Of a stretch of DNA of 64,000 nt, positions 8,604-17,137 are shown one piece after another. The first letter of the stretch is position 1; each line of letters starts with the position of its first letter. The translations under genes were made by a program, and so were the position numbers. Source of the stretch: Gammaproteobacteria bacterium (GTDB lineage: Bacteria > Pseudomonadota > Gammaproteobacteria > Arenicellales > JAANXG01); assembly GCA_034520625.1 (NCBI GenBank), contig JAXHNI010000004.1, forward strand, positions 55,070 through 119,069, written 5' to 3'. The notes beneath the pieces are model-generated. The model was not told the origin of the DNA, made no database searches, and saw only the letters and a list, made by a program, of their open reading frames with translations.

Positions 8604-10709
8604 ATGAGCAGCGGTCTGGTTGGATCGATCATTCTCTGGCTCATCGTCGCGATCATCGCGATCGTGGTGGTGGTGTACCTGCTGAACTGGCTTTATCACC
8701 GCTCGACCCGGGAAGTCGCCTTCGTGCGCACGGGCTTCGGCGGCGAAAAAGTGGTCATCAGCGGCGGGGCGTTCGTGCTGCCGATCCTGCACGAAGTCAC
8801 CCCCGTCAATCTCAATGTGGTGCGGATTCCGGTGAACCGCAGCCGGGAGGAAGCGATCAGCACCCGCGATCGGATGCGGGTGGACGTCGAGGCCGAGTTT
8901 TTCGTGCGTGTGTCCCAGGAGCCGGAGGCGGTCTCCGCGGCTGCCTCGACCCTCGGCCGGCGCACCATGGAGCGCGAGGGTCTGGGCGAGCTGCTGTCCG
9001 GCAAGTTCGTCGGGGCGCTGCGCTCGGTGGCCGCGGAAATGTCCATCGACGAGATGCACGAGCATCGTGAGGACATGCTTTCCAAGGTCGAGGAGCGGGC
9101 CCGGACCGCCCTGGCCCAAAACGGCCTGGAGCTGGAATCCGTGGCCATCACGGACCTGGACCAGACCAACCTGGAGTATTTCAACCCGGCCAACCGCTTC
9201 GACGCCGAGGGCATGACCCAGCTCATCGAGGCCATCGAGGGCCGGCGCAAGTTGCGCAACGACATCGAGCAGGCCTCCATGGTGGCGATCCGCAGCCGTA
9301 ACCTGGAGGCCGAGAAGGAAACCCTGAAGCTGGAGCAGGAAAGCGAGAGCTCGCGCCTGGCCCAGGAGCAGGAGCTGGAGGCCATGCGCGCCGAACAGCG
9401 GGCGGCGATCCAGCAGTCCCGGGTCACCCGGGAGGCGGAGTCCGAACAGTGGCGCATCGCGAGCGAGCAGGAAACCCGCGAGCGCGAGATCACCCGCCAG
9501 CGTGCACTGGAAGGGGCGGAGATCGCTGCCCGGGAGGAAACGGAGAAGGCCCGCATCGATCATGAACGGTCCCTGGAAAGCGCCCGCCTGGATCGGGAGC
9601 ACCATGTGCGGTCCCAGCAGATCAAGCAGAAGCACGAAATCGACCACTCTGAGATCGCCTCCAACGAGGATATCGAGCGCTCACGCATCGTGTCGGAGCG
9701 CCAACTGCGCGAGTCGCGTATCGCGGCGGACGAGGAGACCGAGTCCCGAGAGATCGTCAAGGGCCAGCAGGTGGAGAGCGCCCGGCTCACCGCCCACAAG
9801 ACGGTGGAATCGGCGCGCATCGAGCAGGAAAAGACCCTGGACAAGGCGCGCATCGAGCGCGACCGGCTGCTGCGTGCGCAGCAGATCTCCCAGCGCCAGT
9901 CCATCGAGGAAGCCGAGATCTCCGCCAACGAGGAGATCGAGCGGGCGCGGGTGGCGTCGGAGCGCGGCCTGGACGAAGTACGCATCCTCAAGGAACGGGA
10001 CCTCAAGCGTCTCGAAGTGGAGCGCGACATGGCGCTGGAGCTGGCGCAGATCGAGCGCCACATCAGCGTGCTGGAGAAGCAGTCGGAAGAAGCGGAAGCG
10101 CGCGCCACCACCGAGGCCGAGCGGGTGAAGGCGGTCGAGGCCGAAGAGAACGTGAACACCCGCCGCGAGACGGTGATTGCAGAGCGCATCGCCGCGGTGG
10201 ACCGGCTGCTGGCGGAGAAGGATGCCGACACCACCCGCATCGCCGCGGAGGCGGACAAGATCTCCTCGGCGGTGGCGGCGGAGGCCCAGCGGCTGCGCAA
10301 CGAGGCGGACAACATCCTCAGCCCCGATGCCCGCGCCGGCGCGCTGCGGGCCAGGATGATTGACCGCCTGGAGCACATCGTGCGCGAAAGCGTGAAGCCC
10401 ATGGAGAACATCGAGGGCATCAAGATCCTCCATGTGGACGGACTGGGCGGGAGCGGCGACGGCCGCCACCGCTCGCCCACCGACGAGGTCATCGAGAGCG
10501 CCTTGCGCTACCGAGCCCAGGCGCCGCTGATCGACGAAATGATGAAGGAGATCGGCGTCGAGAACTCCAACGTCACGGGCATGGGCGACATCTTCCGCTC
10601 CGCCAGGGATGCGCAGGGCCTGGCCCAGAGTTCGGACAAGGGCTCGTCAAAGAGCGGCGGCCAGGAAAAGAACTCGGAAAGGAAATCCGAGAAAGAGTCG
10701 GACGAGTAG
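8604..10709 (+). CDS. flotillin / SPFH-domain protein (YqiK-like) with an extended coiled coil
   Basis: AGGAGGA RBS 8 nt before the ATG. N-terminal TM (IILWLIVAIIAIVVVVYLL), then the SPFH core (VAFVRTGFGGEKVVISGGAFVLPILHEVTPVNLNVV...). About 400 aa of E/R/A-rich heptad-like sequence follows, then ...IEGIKILHVDGLGG and a K/S/E tail. Confidence 0.85.
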   Translation: MSSGLVGSIILWLIVAIIAIVVVVYLLNWLYHRSTREVAFVRTGFGGEKVVISGGAFVLPILHEVTPVNLNVVRIPVNRSREEAISTRDRMRVDVEAEFFVRVSQEPEAVSAAASTLGRRTMEREGLGELLSGKFVGALRSVAAEMSIDEMHEHREDMLSKVEERARTALAQNGLELESVAITDLDQTNLEYFNPANRFDAEGMTQLIEAIEGRRKLRNDIEQASMVAIRSRNLEAEKETLKLEQESESSRLAQEQELEAMRAEQRAAIQQSRVTREAESEQWRIASEQETREREITRQRALEGAEIAAREETEKARIDHERSLESARLDREHHVRSQQIKQKHEIDHSEIASNEDIERSRIVSERQLRESRIAADEETESREIVKGQQVESARLTAHKTVESARIEQEKTLDKARIERDRLLRAQQISQRQSIEEAEISANEEIERARVASERGLDEVRILKERDLKRLEVERDMALELAQIERHISVLEKQSEEAEARATTEAERVKAVEAEENVNTRRETVIAERIAAVDRLLAEKDADTTRIAAEADKISSAVAAEAQRLRNEADNILSPDARAGALRARMIDRLEHIVRESVKPMENIEGIKILHVDGLGGSGDGRHRSPTDEVIESALRYRAQAPLIDEMMKEIGVENSNVTGMGDIFRSARDAQGLAQSSDKGSSKSGGQEKNSERKSEKESDE

Positions 10710-10718
10710 CGCGCCGTC

Positions 10719-11156
10719 ATGCCACAGGTCTACACATCATCCGTCATCGGCGCACCGGCGGACCGGGTCTGGGCCACGGTCCGCGATTTCAACGGCCTGC
10801 CGGACTGGCACCCGAACATCGCCGAGAGCCGCATCGAAGGCGCCGCACCCGCCGACCAGGTGGGCTGCGTGCGCGCCTTCCGGCTGCACGACGGCGGCGC
10901 CATCCGGGAGAAGCTGCTGGCGTTGTCGGACTACGATTTCTGCTGCACCTATTCGATCCTGGAAAGTCCCATGGGGGTGACGAACTATGTCGCGACCCTG
11001 AAGCTGACCCCGATCACCGACGGCAGCCGCACCTTCGCGGAATGGTCGGCGGAATTCGACTGCCCGCCGGAGCGCGAGGCCGAGCTCACCCAGTTGATCG
11101 GCCAGGGGGTGTTCCAGGGCGGCTTCGACGCGCTGAAGGAACGGTTCGGCAGGTAG
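10719..11156 (+). CDS. SRPBCC (START/Bet v1-like) family protein
   Basis: 145 aa. VIGAPADRVWATVRDFNGLPDWHP... is typical of polyketide-cyclase/SRPBCC proteins. Paralogous to the N-terminus of the 11317-12816 product. Confidence 0.8.
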   Translation: MPQVYTSSVIGAPADRVWATVRDFNGLPDWHPNIAESRIEGAAPADQVGCVRAFRLHDGGAIREKLLALSDYDFCCTYSILESPMGVTNYVATLKLTPITDGSRTFAEWSAEFDCPPEREAELTQLIGQGVFQGGFDALKERFGR

Positions 11157-11229
11157 CGCAATGTCGGGTCCATATCCAACCGAACCGCGGCTCCCCGGGA
11201 TTGCTTTCGGCGTCCCCGCAGATCGACCG

Positions 11230-11289
11230 CCTGTAGGTCGGGCGCAAGCCCGACAATTGTATGAGTCGGGCTCGCGGCCGACCTACAGG
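11230..11289. repeat. REP-like palindrome, family 1 (CTGTAGGTCGGGCGCRAGCCCGAC ... GTCGGGCTCGCGSCCGACCTACAG)
   Basis: About 24-bp inverted arms around a 10-nt spacer. A second copy with near-identical arms lies at 39432-39489. Confidence 0.8.
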
Positions 11290-11316
11290 GTCGAGGGATA
11301 CCGCGGGTGAAATCCC

Positions 11317-12816
11317 GTGATTAAGGTTCGCCGCAGCACGGTCATCGACGCCCCGGTTTCGGCGGTGTGGGCGGTGCTGCGCGACTTCAACGGCCACGAC
11401 AAGTGGCATCCCGCGGTGGCGCAGAGCACGCTGGAGGAGGCGACCTGCGCCGACGAGATCGGGGCGGTGCGCCATTTTCGCCTCACCAGCGGCGAGCGCC
11501 TGCGGGAAAAGCTGTTGTCCCTGTCCGACCGGCAGCACAGCTTTCGCTACGCCATCGTGGACAGCGAGGTGCCGCTGCATGACTACGTGGCGGAAGTCCA
11601 GCTCAAGCCGGTGACCGACGGCGACCGCACGTTCTGGTCCTGGAGCTCGAAGTTCAACAGCCCCGCGGGCCGGGAGCGCGAGCTGGCGAAGCTGGTGGCG
11701 GAGAACGTCTACGAGGCCGGCTTCGAGGCGGTGCGCGGCCGGGTCGAGGCGCCGGCACGGACAACCCCGGCCACGGGCCGGTCCTATATCAGCGATCCCC
11801 GGCCCGCCACGGGTCCCGCCACGACGGAGGCGATTCCCGGCACGGCGATGATTATCGACCGCTACGGCGGCGCCGACGAGCTGCATCCGGCGGCGGTCTC
11901 GGCGCCGCCACCGGGGCCGGGAGAGATTCGGATGCGGCAGACCGCAGTGGGCGTGAACTTCATCGATGTCTATTGCCGCACTGGTTACTTCGGTCTGCTC
12001 CAGCCGCCCGGCGCGCCGGGCATGGAGGCGACCGGCGAAGTGATCGACGTCGGCGAGGGGGTGCGCCGCCTGTCGCCAGGCCAGCGCGTCGCCTACGCCT
12101 GTCCCCCGGTCGGCGCCTACGCCACGGTGCGCACCATGGACGCCGGCCTGGTGGTGCCCCTGCCGGATTTCATCGACGACGTCACCGCCGCGGGTGGTCT
12201 GCTCAAGGGCATGACGGCGGAGTTTCTCCTGCATCGCGTCCACCCGCTGAAAGCGGGGGAGACGGTGCTGATATTCGCGCCGGCGGGCGGAGTCGGCCGG
12301 CTGTTGTGCCAGTGGGCGGCGCACCTCGGCGCGACGGTGATCGGGGCGACTTCGAGCGAAGAGAAGGCCCGCGCGGCGCGCGATGCCGGCGCCCGGCATG
12401 TGATCCTGCCCGGGGAGGCCAGTCTGGAAGCGCAGGTGCGGGGGCTGACCGGCGGGCGCGGCGTCGATGTGATCTACGATGCGGTGGGCCGCGACAGCTT
12501 CGACCACTCGGTGGCCGCGCTTGCGCCCCGCGGGCATCTGGTGAGCTACGGCCAGGCCTCGGGCGACATCGGCGCCCGGGATATCGGTGCGCTGGCGGCA
12601 AGCTCCGTCACCCTGTCCCGGCCCAACTACGTGCATTACACCGATACGCCGGAGAAAGTCGCAGCCATCACGGAACGACTGTTCGATGCCATCCGCCGGC
12701 AGGTCATACGAATCGAGGTCGGGCATCGCTACAAGCTGAGCGAGGCCGCGGCGGCGCATCGGGCCCTGGAGAACCGGCAGACCACGGGATCGATCGTGTT
12801 GATCCCGGATTCATAG
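11317..12816 (+). CDS. fusion protein: SRPBCC domain + NADPH:quinone oxidoreductase (MDR/zeta-crystallin-like)
   Basis: GTG start. Residues 1-150 (VIDAPVSAVWAVLRDFNGHDKWHPAV...) are SRPBCC. After a P/A/T linker, the Qor-like domain reads GEIRMRQTAVGVNFIDVYCRTGYF...GMEATGEVIDVGEGV...VLIFAPAGGVGRLLCQWAAHLGATVIG...HRALENRQTTGSIVLIP. Confidence 0.85.
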   Translation: MIKVRRSTVIDAPVSAVWAVLRDFNGHDKWHPAVAQSTLEEATCADEIGAVRHFRLTSGERLREKLLSLSDRQHSFRYAIVDSEVPLHDYVAEVQLKPVTDGDRTFWSWSSKFNSPAGRERELAKLVAENVYEAGFEAVRGRVEAPARTTPATGRSYISDPRPATGPATTEAIPGTAMIIDRYGGADELHPAAVSAPPPGPGEIRMRQTAVGVNFIDVYCRTGYFGLLQPPGAPGMEATGEVIDVGEGVRRLSPGQRVAYACPPVGAYATVRTMDAGLVVPLPDFIDDVTAAGGLLKGMTAEFLLHRVHPLKAGETVLIFAPAGGVGRLLCQWAAHLGATVIGATSSEEKARAARDAGARHVILPGEASLEAQVRGLTGGRGVDVIYDAVGRDSFDHSVAALAPRGHLVSYGQASGDIGARDIGALAASSVTLSRPNYVHYTDTPEKVAAITERLFDAIRRQVIRIEVGHRYKLSEAAAAHRALENRQTTGSIVLIPDS

Positions 12817-12884
12817 CCCGGGTTTGTACCCCGGCACCCGCGGGACGGGGTGTCTGAAAGGTTTCAATTGAACGAGAGAAGAAA

Positions 12885-13751
12885 ATGAAATTCGCCGTAT
12901 TTGACTGGAAAGGCATGCGCCACATCGGCCGCGTCAATGAGGCCGGGAAAACGGTCGACCGTTTTGACCTGCCCGCGGGGCTCGCCGACAATTTTGGCGT
13001 GGCCTGCCTGATCGACGCCCGCCCGCCGGCGGTGGCGGAGACTCTTGAGCTGGAAGAAGTGGTTTTCCAGGCGCCGATACCGCGCCCGCGACGCAATATT
13101 TTCTGTGTCGGCAAGAACTACTTTGACCATGCCAACGAGTTCGCGTCCTCGGGGTTCGACAGCTCCGCCGCCAAGGGGGCGGTGCCGGAAGCCCCTATCG
13201 TGTTCTCCAAGGTGCCGGAAACCGTGATCCCGACAGGGGAGCCGATCCGGATCGACCCGTCCGTGGACGAGGCTGTCGACTACGAGGCCGAGCTGGCGGT
13301 GATCATCGGCAAGACCGGCCGCAGTATCAGTCCCGGGGATGCCCTGTCCCACGTCTGGGGCTACACCATTGTCAACGATGTCACCGCGCGGGAGCTGCAG
13401 GGCCGGCACAGCCAGTGGTTGATCGGTAAGTCCCAGGACACTTTCTGCCCCATGGGCCCCTGGGCTGTGACCGCCGACGAGATCGACCTGGTAAACACCG
13501 CGGTGCGCTGCTGGATTAACGAAGAGCTGAGGCAGGATGCGAACACCGGGCTACTGATCTTCGACGTCCCCACAATCATCGCCGCAATCTCCAACGGCAT
13601 CACCCTGTGGCCCGGCGACGTGATCGCCACCGGGACTCCGGCGGGGGTCGGCATCGGCTTCAAGCCGCCCAGGTACCTGGCGGCGGGGGACCGGGTCCGC
13701 ATCGAGATCGAGAATATAGGCGTGCTGGAAAACCCCGTGGAGCAGGTATGA
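12885..13751 (+). CDS. fumarylacetoacetate hydrolase (FAH) family protein
   Basis: NIFCVGKNYFDHANE...PIVFSKVPETVIPTGEPIRI...VDYEAELAVIIGKTGRSIS...GYTIVNDVTARELQ...GKSQDTFCPMGPW...PGDVIATGTPAGVG. Confidence 0.9.
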   Translation: MKFAVFDWKGMRHIGRVNEAGKTVDRFDLPAGLADNFGVACLIDARPPAVAETLELEEVVFQAPIPRPRRNIFCVGKNYFDHANEFASSGFDSSAAKGAVPEAPIVFSKVPETVIPTGEPIRIDPSVDEAVDYEAELAVIIGKTGRSISPGDALSHVWGYTIVNDVTARELQGRHSQWLIGKSQDTFCPMGPWAVTADEIDLVNTAVRCWINEELRQDANTGLLIFDVPTIIAAISNGITLWPGDVIATGTPAGVGIGFKPPRYLAAGDRVRIEIENIGVLENPVEQV

Positions 13752-14545
13752 CCGATTTCAGAGTGGGCAGTATGGTGATCGAGGACACCGGCGAGGGGCC
13801 GGCAGTGGTGATGGTCCACGGCCTGGGCGGCACGTCCAACAGCTTTCAGACCCTGATGGGTGGCCTCGAAGGCTTCCGTATCCTGCGGCCCGACCTGCCG
13901 GGTGCCGGACGCTCGGCCTACCGGCCGGGTCTCCCCGGACTGGTGCGCATGGCGTACTCGCTGAAGGACTGCCTGCGCGCTGCCGGGCTGGAACGGGCCC
14001 ATTTCGTGGGCCACTCCATGGGCACGCTGCTGTGCCAGTACCTCGCGGCGGCGTCCCCGGACATGGTCGACAGCCTCGCACTGTTCGGGCCTATACTGGA
14101 GCCGCCGGCGGCCGCGCGCCAGGCCCTCAAGGAGCGCGCCGGGGCAGCGCGGACCGCCGGCATGACCGGCGTCGCCGACGCGGTATCGACGGGCAGCGTG
14201 GCCGAGGCATCGCGTCGCGACAACCCGGTCACCGCGGCGTTCGTGCGCGAGAGCCTGACCCGCCAGGATCCCGCCGGCTACGCCGCCCACTGCGAGGCGC
14301 TGAGCGAGGCGCCGGCGGCGGACCACGCGGCGATACGCTGTCCGACGCTGCTGGTGGCGGGGGAGAACGACCCGGTGGCGCCGGTGGACATGGTGCGCCG
14401 GCTCGGCGAGCGGATAGACAAGGCCCGGGTCGAGGTCATACCCGGCATCGGGCACTGGATGATGGTGGAGGCTCCCGGGCGCTCCACTGAACTGCTTCGC
14501 GCTCACCTCGATACGAGCGCATCACAACCCGGCACTGGAGGGTAG
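13748..14545 (+). CDS. alpha/beta hydrolase, 3-oxoadipate enol-lactonase-like
   Basis: ORF 13607-14545, trimmed to the ATG of an ATGA overlap with the FAH stop. VVMVHGLGGTSNSF..., nucleophile elbow GHSMG, ...CPTLLVAGENDPVAP...GHWMMVE. Confidence 0.85.
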   Translation: MTDFRVGSMVIEDTGEGPAVVMVHGLGGTSNSFQTLMGGLEGFRILRPDLPGAGRSAYRPGLPGLVRMAYSLKDCLRAAGLERAHFVGHSMGTLLCQYLAAASPDMVDSLALFGPILEPPAAARQALKERAGAARTAGMTGVADAVSTGSVAEASRRDNPVTAAFVRESLTRQDPAGYAAHCEALSEAPAADHAAIRCPTLLVAGENDPVAPVDMVRRLGERIDKARVEVIPGIGHWMMVEAPGRSTELLRAHLDTSASQPGTGG

Positions 14546-14549
14546 CACC

Positions 14550-15908
14550 ATGGCGGAAAACAGCTTCAGCGGCTGGGGCGGCGGCAACGGCGCCCCCGAT
14601 CGCGAACCCGAAATCACTTTCAGCAACGTGCGCATTCTGGATGCCACCGGCGAGGCGCCCTACACCGGCGACGTCACCGTGTCGGGCAACCGGATCAAGT
14701 CCGTCAAACGCTCCGGCATGGGGAGCTACAGCTTCAACACCAACGGCGGCCAGCGCATCGACTGCCGCGGCATGACCCTGATGCCCGGCCTGATCGACGC
14801 GCACCTGCATTTGAGCTGGAACAACGCGCCTGGTATCAACCCGATCCAGATGATGCCGGTGGAGGAACATGTCATCAACTGCATCGAGATGGCCAAGGTG
14901 GTGTTGGACGCCGGTTTCACGGCGGGCCGCGGCGCCGCGGCGGCGAAGATCCGGCTCGATGTGGTGATCCGCGACGCCATCAACGCCGGGCGCTGTCCCG
15001 GCCCGCGCTATACCGCTGCCGGACCCGAGATTACTTCCGTGGGCGGTCTGGGTGACGCCACGCTGCCGCACATAGATCATCCGGGCCTGAATCTCGGACT
15101 GGTGGTATCCGGTCCCGAAGAGGTCCGGCGCACCGTGCGCGAGTTGATCAAGTGGGGCGTGGACACCATCAAGCTCAACCTTTCGGGCGAAGAGATCACC
15201 GGCATGTCGGCCGAAACCAACCAGTTCGGCGACGACGAGATCGCCATGGCGGTCAGGGAAGCGCGCGGGCGCGGCAAGACCCTGGCGGCCCACGCGCGGT
15301 CCAAGGAGTCGATCCAGAAATGCGTAGAGTTCGGTATCGACTACATCTACCACGCTTCCTTCAGCGATGAAAAAACACTGGACATGCTGGAAGCGGCCAA
15401 GGACAAGCACTTCGTGGCCCCGGGCCTGGCCTGGCTGCTCAATACGGCGCGCAACGCGGGCGACTACGGCATCAAGCCCGGTACGCCGCTCACTGATATG
15501 TACGAGCGCGAGCTCGAGCATGCCGTGGACACCATGCAGAAGATGCACAAGCGCGGGATCCGGGTGCTGATCGGCGGCGACTACGGCTTCGCCTGGACGC
15601 CCCACGGCACCAACGCCAAGGATATCGAGTACTTCGTGGACCTGGTGGGCATGAGCCCCATGGAGGCGATCCAGGCCGGCACCAAGTACGGCGGCGAGAT
15701 CATGGGTATGGGCAACGAATTGGGCCTCCTCCGGGAGGGCTACCTGGCGGACATGCTGTTGGTGGATGGCGACCCGCTGTCGGACGTGCGCATTCTCCAG
15801 GACCAGAAGCGGCTGGTGGCCATCATGAAGGACGGCAAGTTCCACAAGTCCCCGGACGGCCTGTCCATGGGCATGGGTCTCGGTGCAGGAATGCGCTATA
15901 CCGCCTGA
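14550..15908 (+). CDS. amidohydrolase-superfamily metal-dependent hydrolase
   Basis: GGAGGG RBS. MPGLIDAHLHLSW (HxH metal motif), ...GKTLAAHARS..., ...IGGDYGF..., ...GYLADMLLVDGDPL. Confidence 0.85.
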   Translation: MAENSFSGWGGGNGAPDREPEITFSNVRILDATGEAPYTGDVTVSGNRIKSVKRSGMGSYSFNTNGGQRIDCRGMTLMPGLIDAHLHLSWNNAPGINPIQMMPVEEHVINCIEMAKVVLDAGFTAGRGAAAAKIRLDVVIRDAINAGRCPGPRYTAAGPEITSVGGLGDATLPHIDHPGLNLGLVVSGPEEVRRTVRELIKWGVDTIKLNLSGEEITGMSAETNQFGDDEIAMAVREARGRGKTLAAHARSKESIQKCVEFGIDYIYHASFSDEKTLDMLEAAKDKHFVAPGLAWLLNTARNAGDYGIKPGTPLTDMYERELEHAVDTMQKMHKRGIRVLIGGDYGFAWTPHGTNAKDIEYFVDLVGMSPMEAIQAGTKYGGEIMGMGNELGLLREGYLADMLLVDGDPLSDVRILQDQKRLVAIMKDGKFHKSPDGLSMGMGLGAGMRYTA

Positions 15909-15918
15909 CCGGCCACAA

Positions 15919-15946
15919 AATCAATGGAGTCAGACTCGATTGATCC
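15919..15946. repeat. REP-like palindrome, family 2 (GGATCAATGGrGTCAGACyCGATTGATCC)
   Basis: AATCAATGGAGTCAGACTCGATTGATCC. Related copies lie at 16147-16176, 17715-17744, 17777-17806 and 37237-37267, with a partial copy at 39312-39336. Confidence 0.8.
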
Positions 15947-16013
15947 CGGAGTCGTACGGCAGCACCGGGATGGGGTGGGGTCGTGGGCAGTACGTGGGTT
16001 CCTGTAGCGGGGA

Positions 16014-16121
16014 GCGAGGGGCCGGGAGGGTCTGCCAGGGCCGCTGTAAATACATCTGTGTACGCTCTGGCTCAAACGTCCCTGTTTTCGACAGCCCTGT
16101 CAGACCCTCCCGGCCCCTCGC
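16014..16121. repeat. 108-bp element: 21-bp perfect terminal inverted repeat around a conserved ~66-bp core (family 3)
   Basis: Arms are GCGAGGGGCCGGGAGGGTCTG and CAGACCCTCCCGGCCCCTCGC. The core CCAGGGCCGCTGTAAATACATCTGTGTACGCTCTGGCTCAAACGTCCCTGTTTTCGACAGCCCTG recurs inverted, roughly 90 percent identical by eye, at 56670-56779 between different arms. Confidence 0.8.
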
Positions 16122-16146
16122 TTGTGGCGAACTCAGTCTATGGGGA

Positions 16147-16176
16147 GATCAATCGAGTCCGACCCCGTTGAATTGA
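16147..16176. repeat. REP-like palindrome, family 2 (inverted relative to 15919-15946)
   Basis: GATCAATCGAGTCCGACCCCGTTGAATTGA. Overlaps the last 8 codons and the stop codon of the AraC gene. Confidence 0.75.
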
Positions 16177-17045
16177 ACTCCGCGTCGGACTTCGCCGGCG
16201 TACATACCGAAATGTCTGCGAAACGTGCGCGAGAAGGCGGCTTCGGACTGGTAGCCGACGGACTGGGCAACGGACAGCACGGACTCCCCCTTAGACAGGG
16301 CCGACCAGGCCAGCTGCATGCGCCACCAGGTCTGGTAACGTCGCCAGGTCCAGCCGCTGGCGACCTTGAAAGTGCGTGCGAAACGTGCCCGGCTCATGTG
16401 GGCGGTGCCGGCGGCTTTCTCGAGGGTCCACGGCTCGTCCGGCGACTCGTGAAACCCTTTCATCGCCCGGCTCAACGCCGGGTCGGTATACGCCGTCAGG
16501 AATCCGACCGGCTGGCGCGCATCCCTGATGCAGTGTCGTACGACTTCCATGAACACGACTTCCGCAAGGCGGTCGACGATGACCTCGCTGCCCGGGCCAC
16601 CAGACCGGCTCACGGCCACCAGCTGTTCGAGAACCGGCATCAGCCACCTTGCGGCTTCGGAGTGGTGGCGCACAATCAGGTATTCGGGCCATGCGTCCAG
16701 CAATTGTTCCGAGGCGCGGTGCTCGAAACGGATGGCGGCGCAGAGCAGGCCCGTAGCGTCGGGTCGCCATTTCTCGCTCAGGTCATGGCGCTCACCGGGG
16801 TATCCAGGCGGCGAGATCGGGACGAGCCTGTGCCGGATCTCCCTGGGAAACAGCACTACGTCTCCGGTACGAAGCGCGGTTTCATGGCCGCCGACATCGA
16901 GGATGCACTCCCCGTGGGACACCAGGTGAAAGCAGGTTTGTCCGACTGCATGCTCTTCCAGGAGCCAGTCCCCGCAGACCTGCTGATTGTGGTAGACGCT
17001 GCACTGGAGTTGCAGGAGCCGGAGGAAGTCGTCGAGTGCGGACAT
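16149..17045 (-). CDS. AraC-family transcriptional regulator (cupin-like N-terminal domain + HTH)
   Basis: 298 aa. N-terminal sensing domain (CFHLVSHGECILDV...GDVVLFPREIRHRL). C-terminal AraC HTH (WTLEKAAGTAHMSRARFARTFKVASGWTWRRYQTWWRMQLAWSALSKGESVLSVAQSVGYQSEAAFSRTFRRHFG). Confidence 0.9.
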   Translation of the reverse strand: MSALDDFLRLLQLQCSVYHNQQVCGDWLLEEHAVGQTCFHLVSHGECILDVGGHETALRTGDVVLFPREIRHRLVPISPPGYPGERHDLSEKWRPDATGLLCAAIRFEHRASEQLLDAWPEYLIVRHHSEAARWLMPVLEQLVAVSRSGGPGSEVIVDRLAEVVFMEVVRHCIRDARQPVGFLTAYTDPALSRAMKGFHESPDEPWTLEKAAGTAHMSRARFARTFKVASGWTWRRYQTWWRMQLAWSALSKGESVLSVAQSVGYQSEAAFSRTFRRHFGMYAGEVRRGVQFNGVGLD

Positions 17046-17046
17046 C

Positions 17047-17092
17047 GATACGAAACAGCAAGAAATAGAGACGGATTATAACTTTTCGTATC
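17047..17092. promoter_or_regulatory. candidate operator: 9-bp perfect inverted repeat GATACGAAA-N28-TTTCGTATC in the AraC/CMD divergent intergenic region
   Basis: Read directly from the sequence. It lies immediately upstream of the AraC start and about 45 nt upstream of the CMD-family gene start. No binding data. Confidence 0.3.
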
Positions 17093-17137
17093 ACAAAGGG
17101 GGTAGTCTGCCTCTACATTCAACATTTGGAGGGTTAT

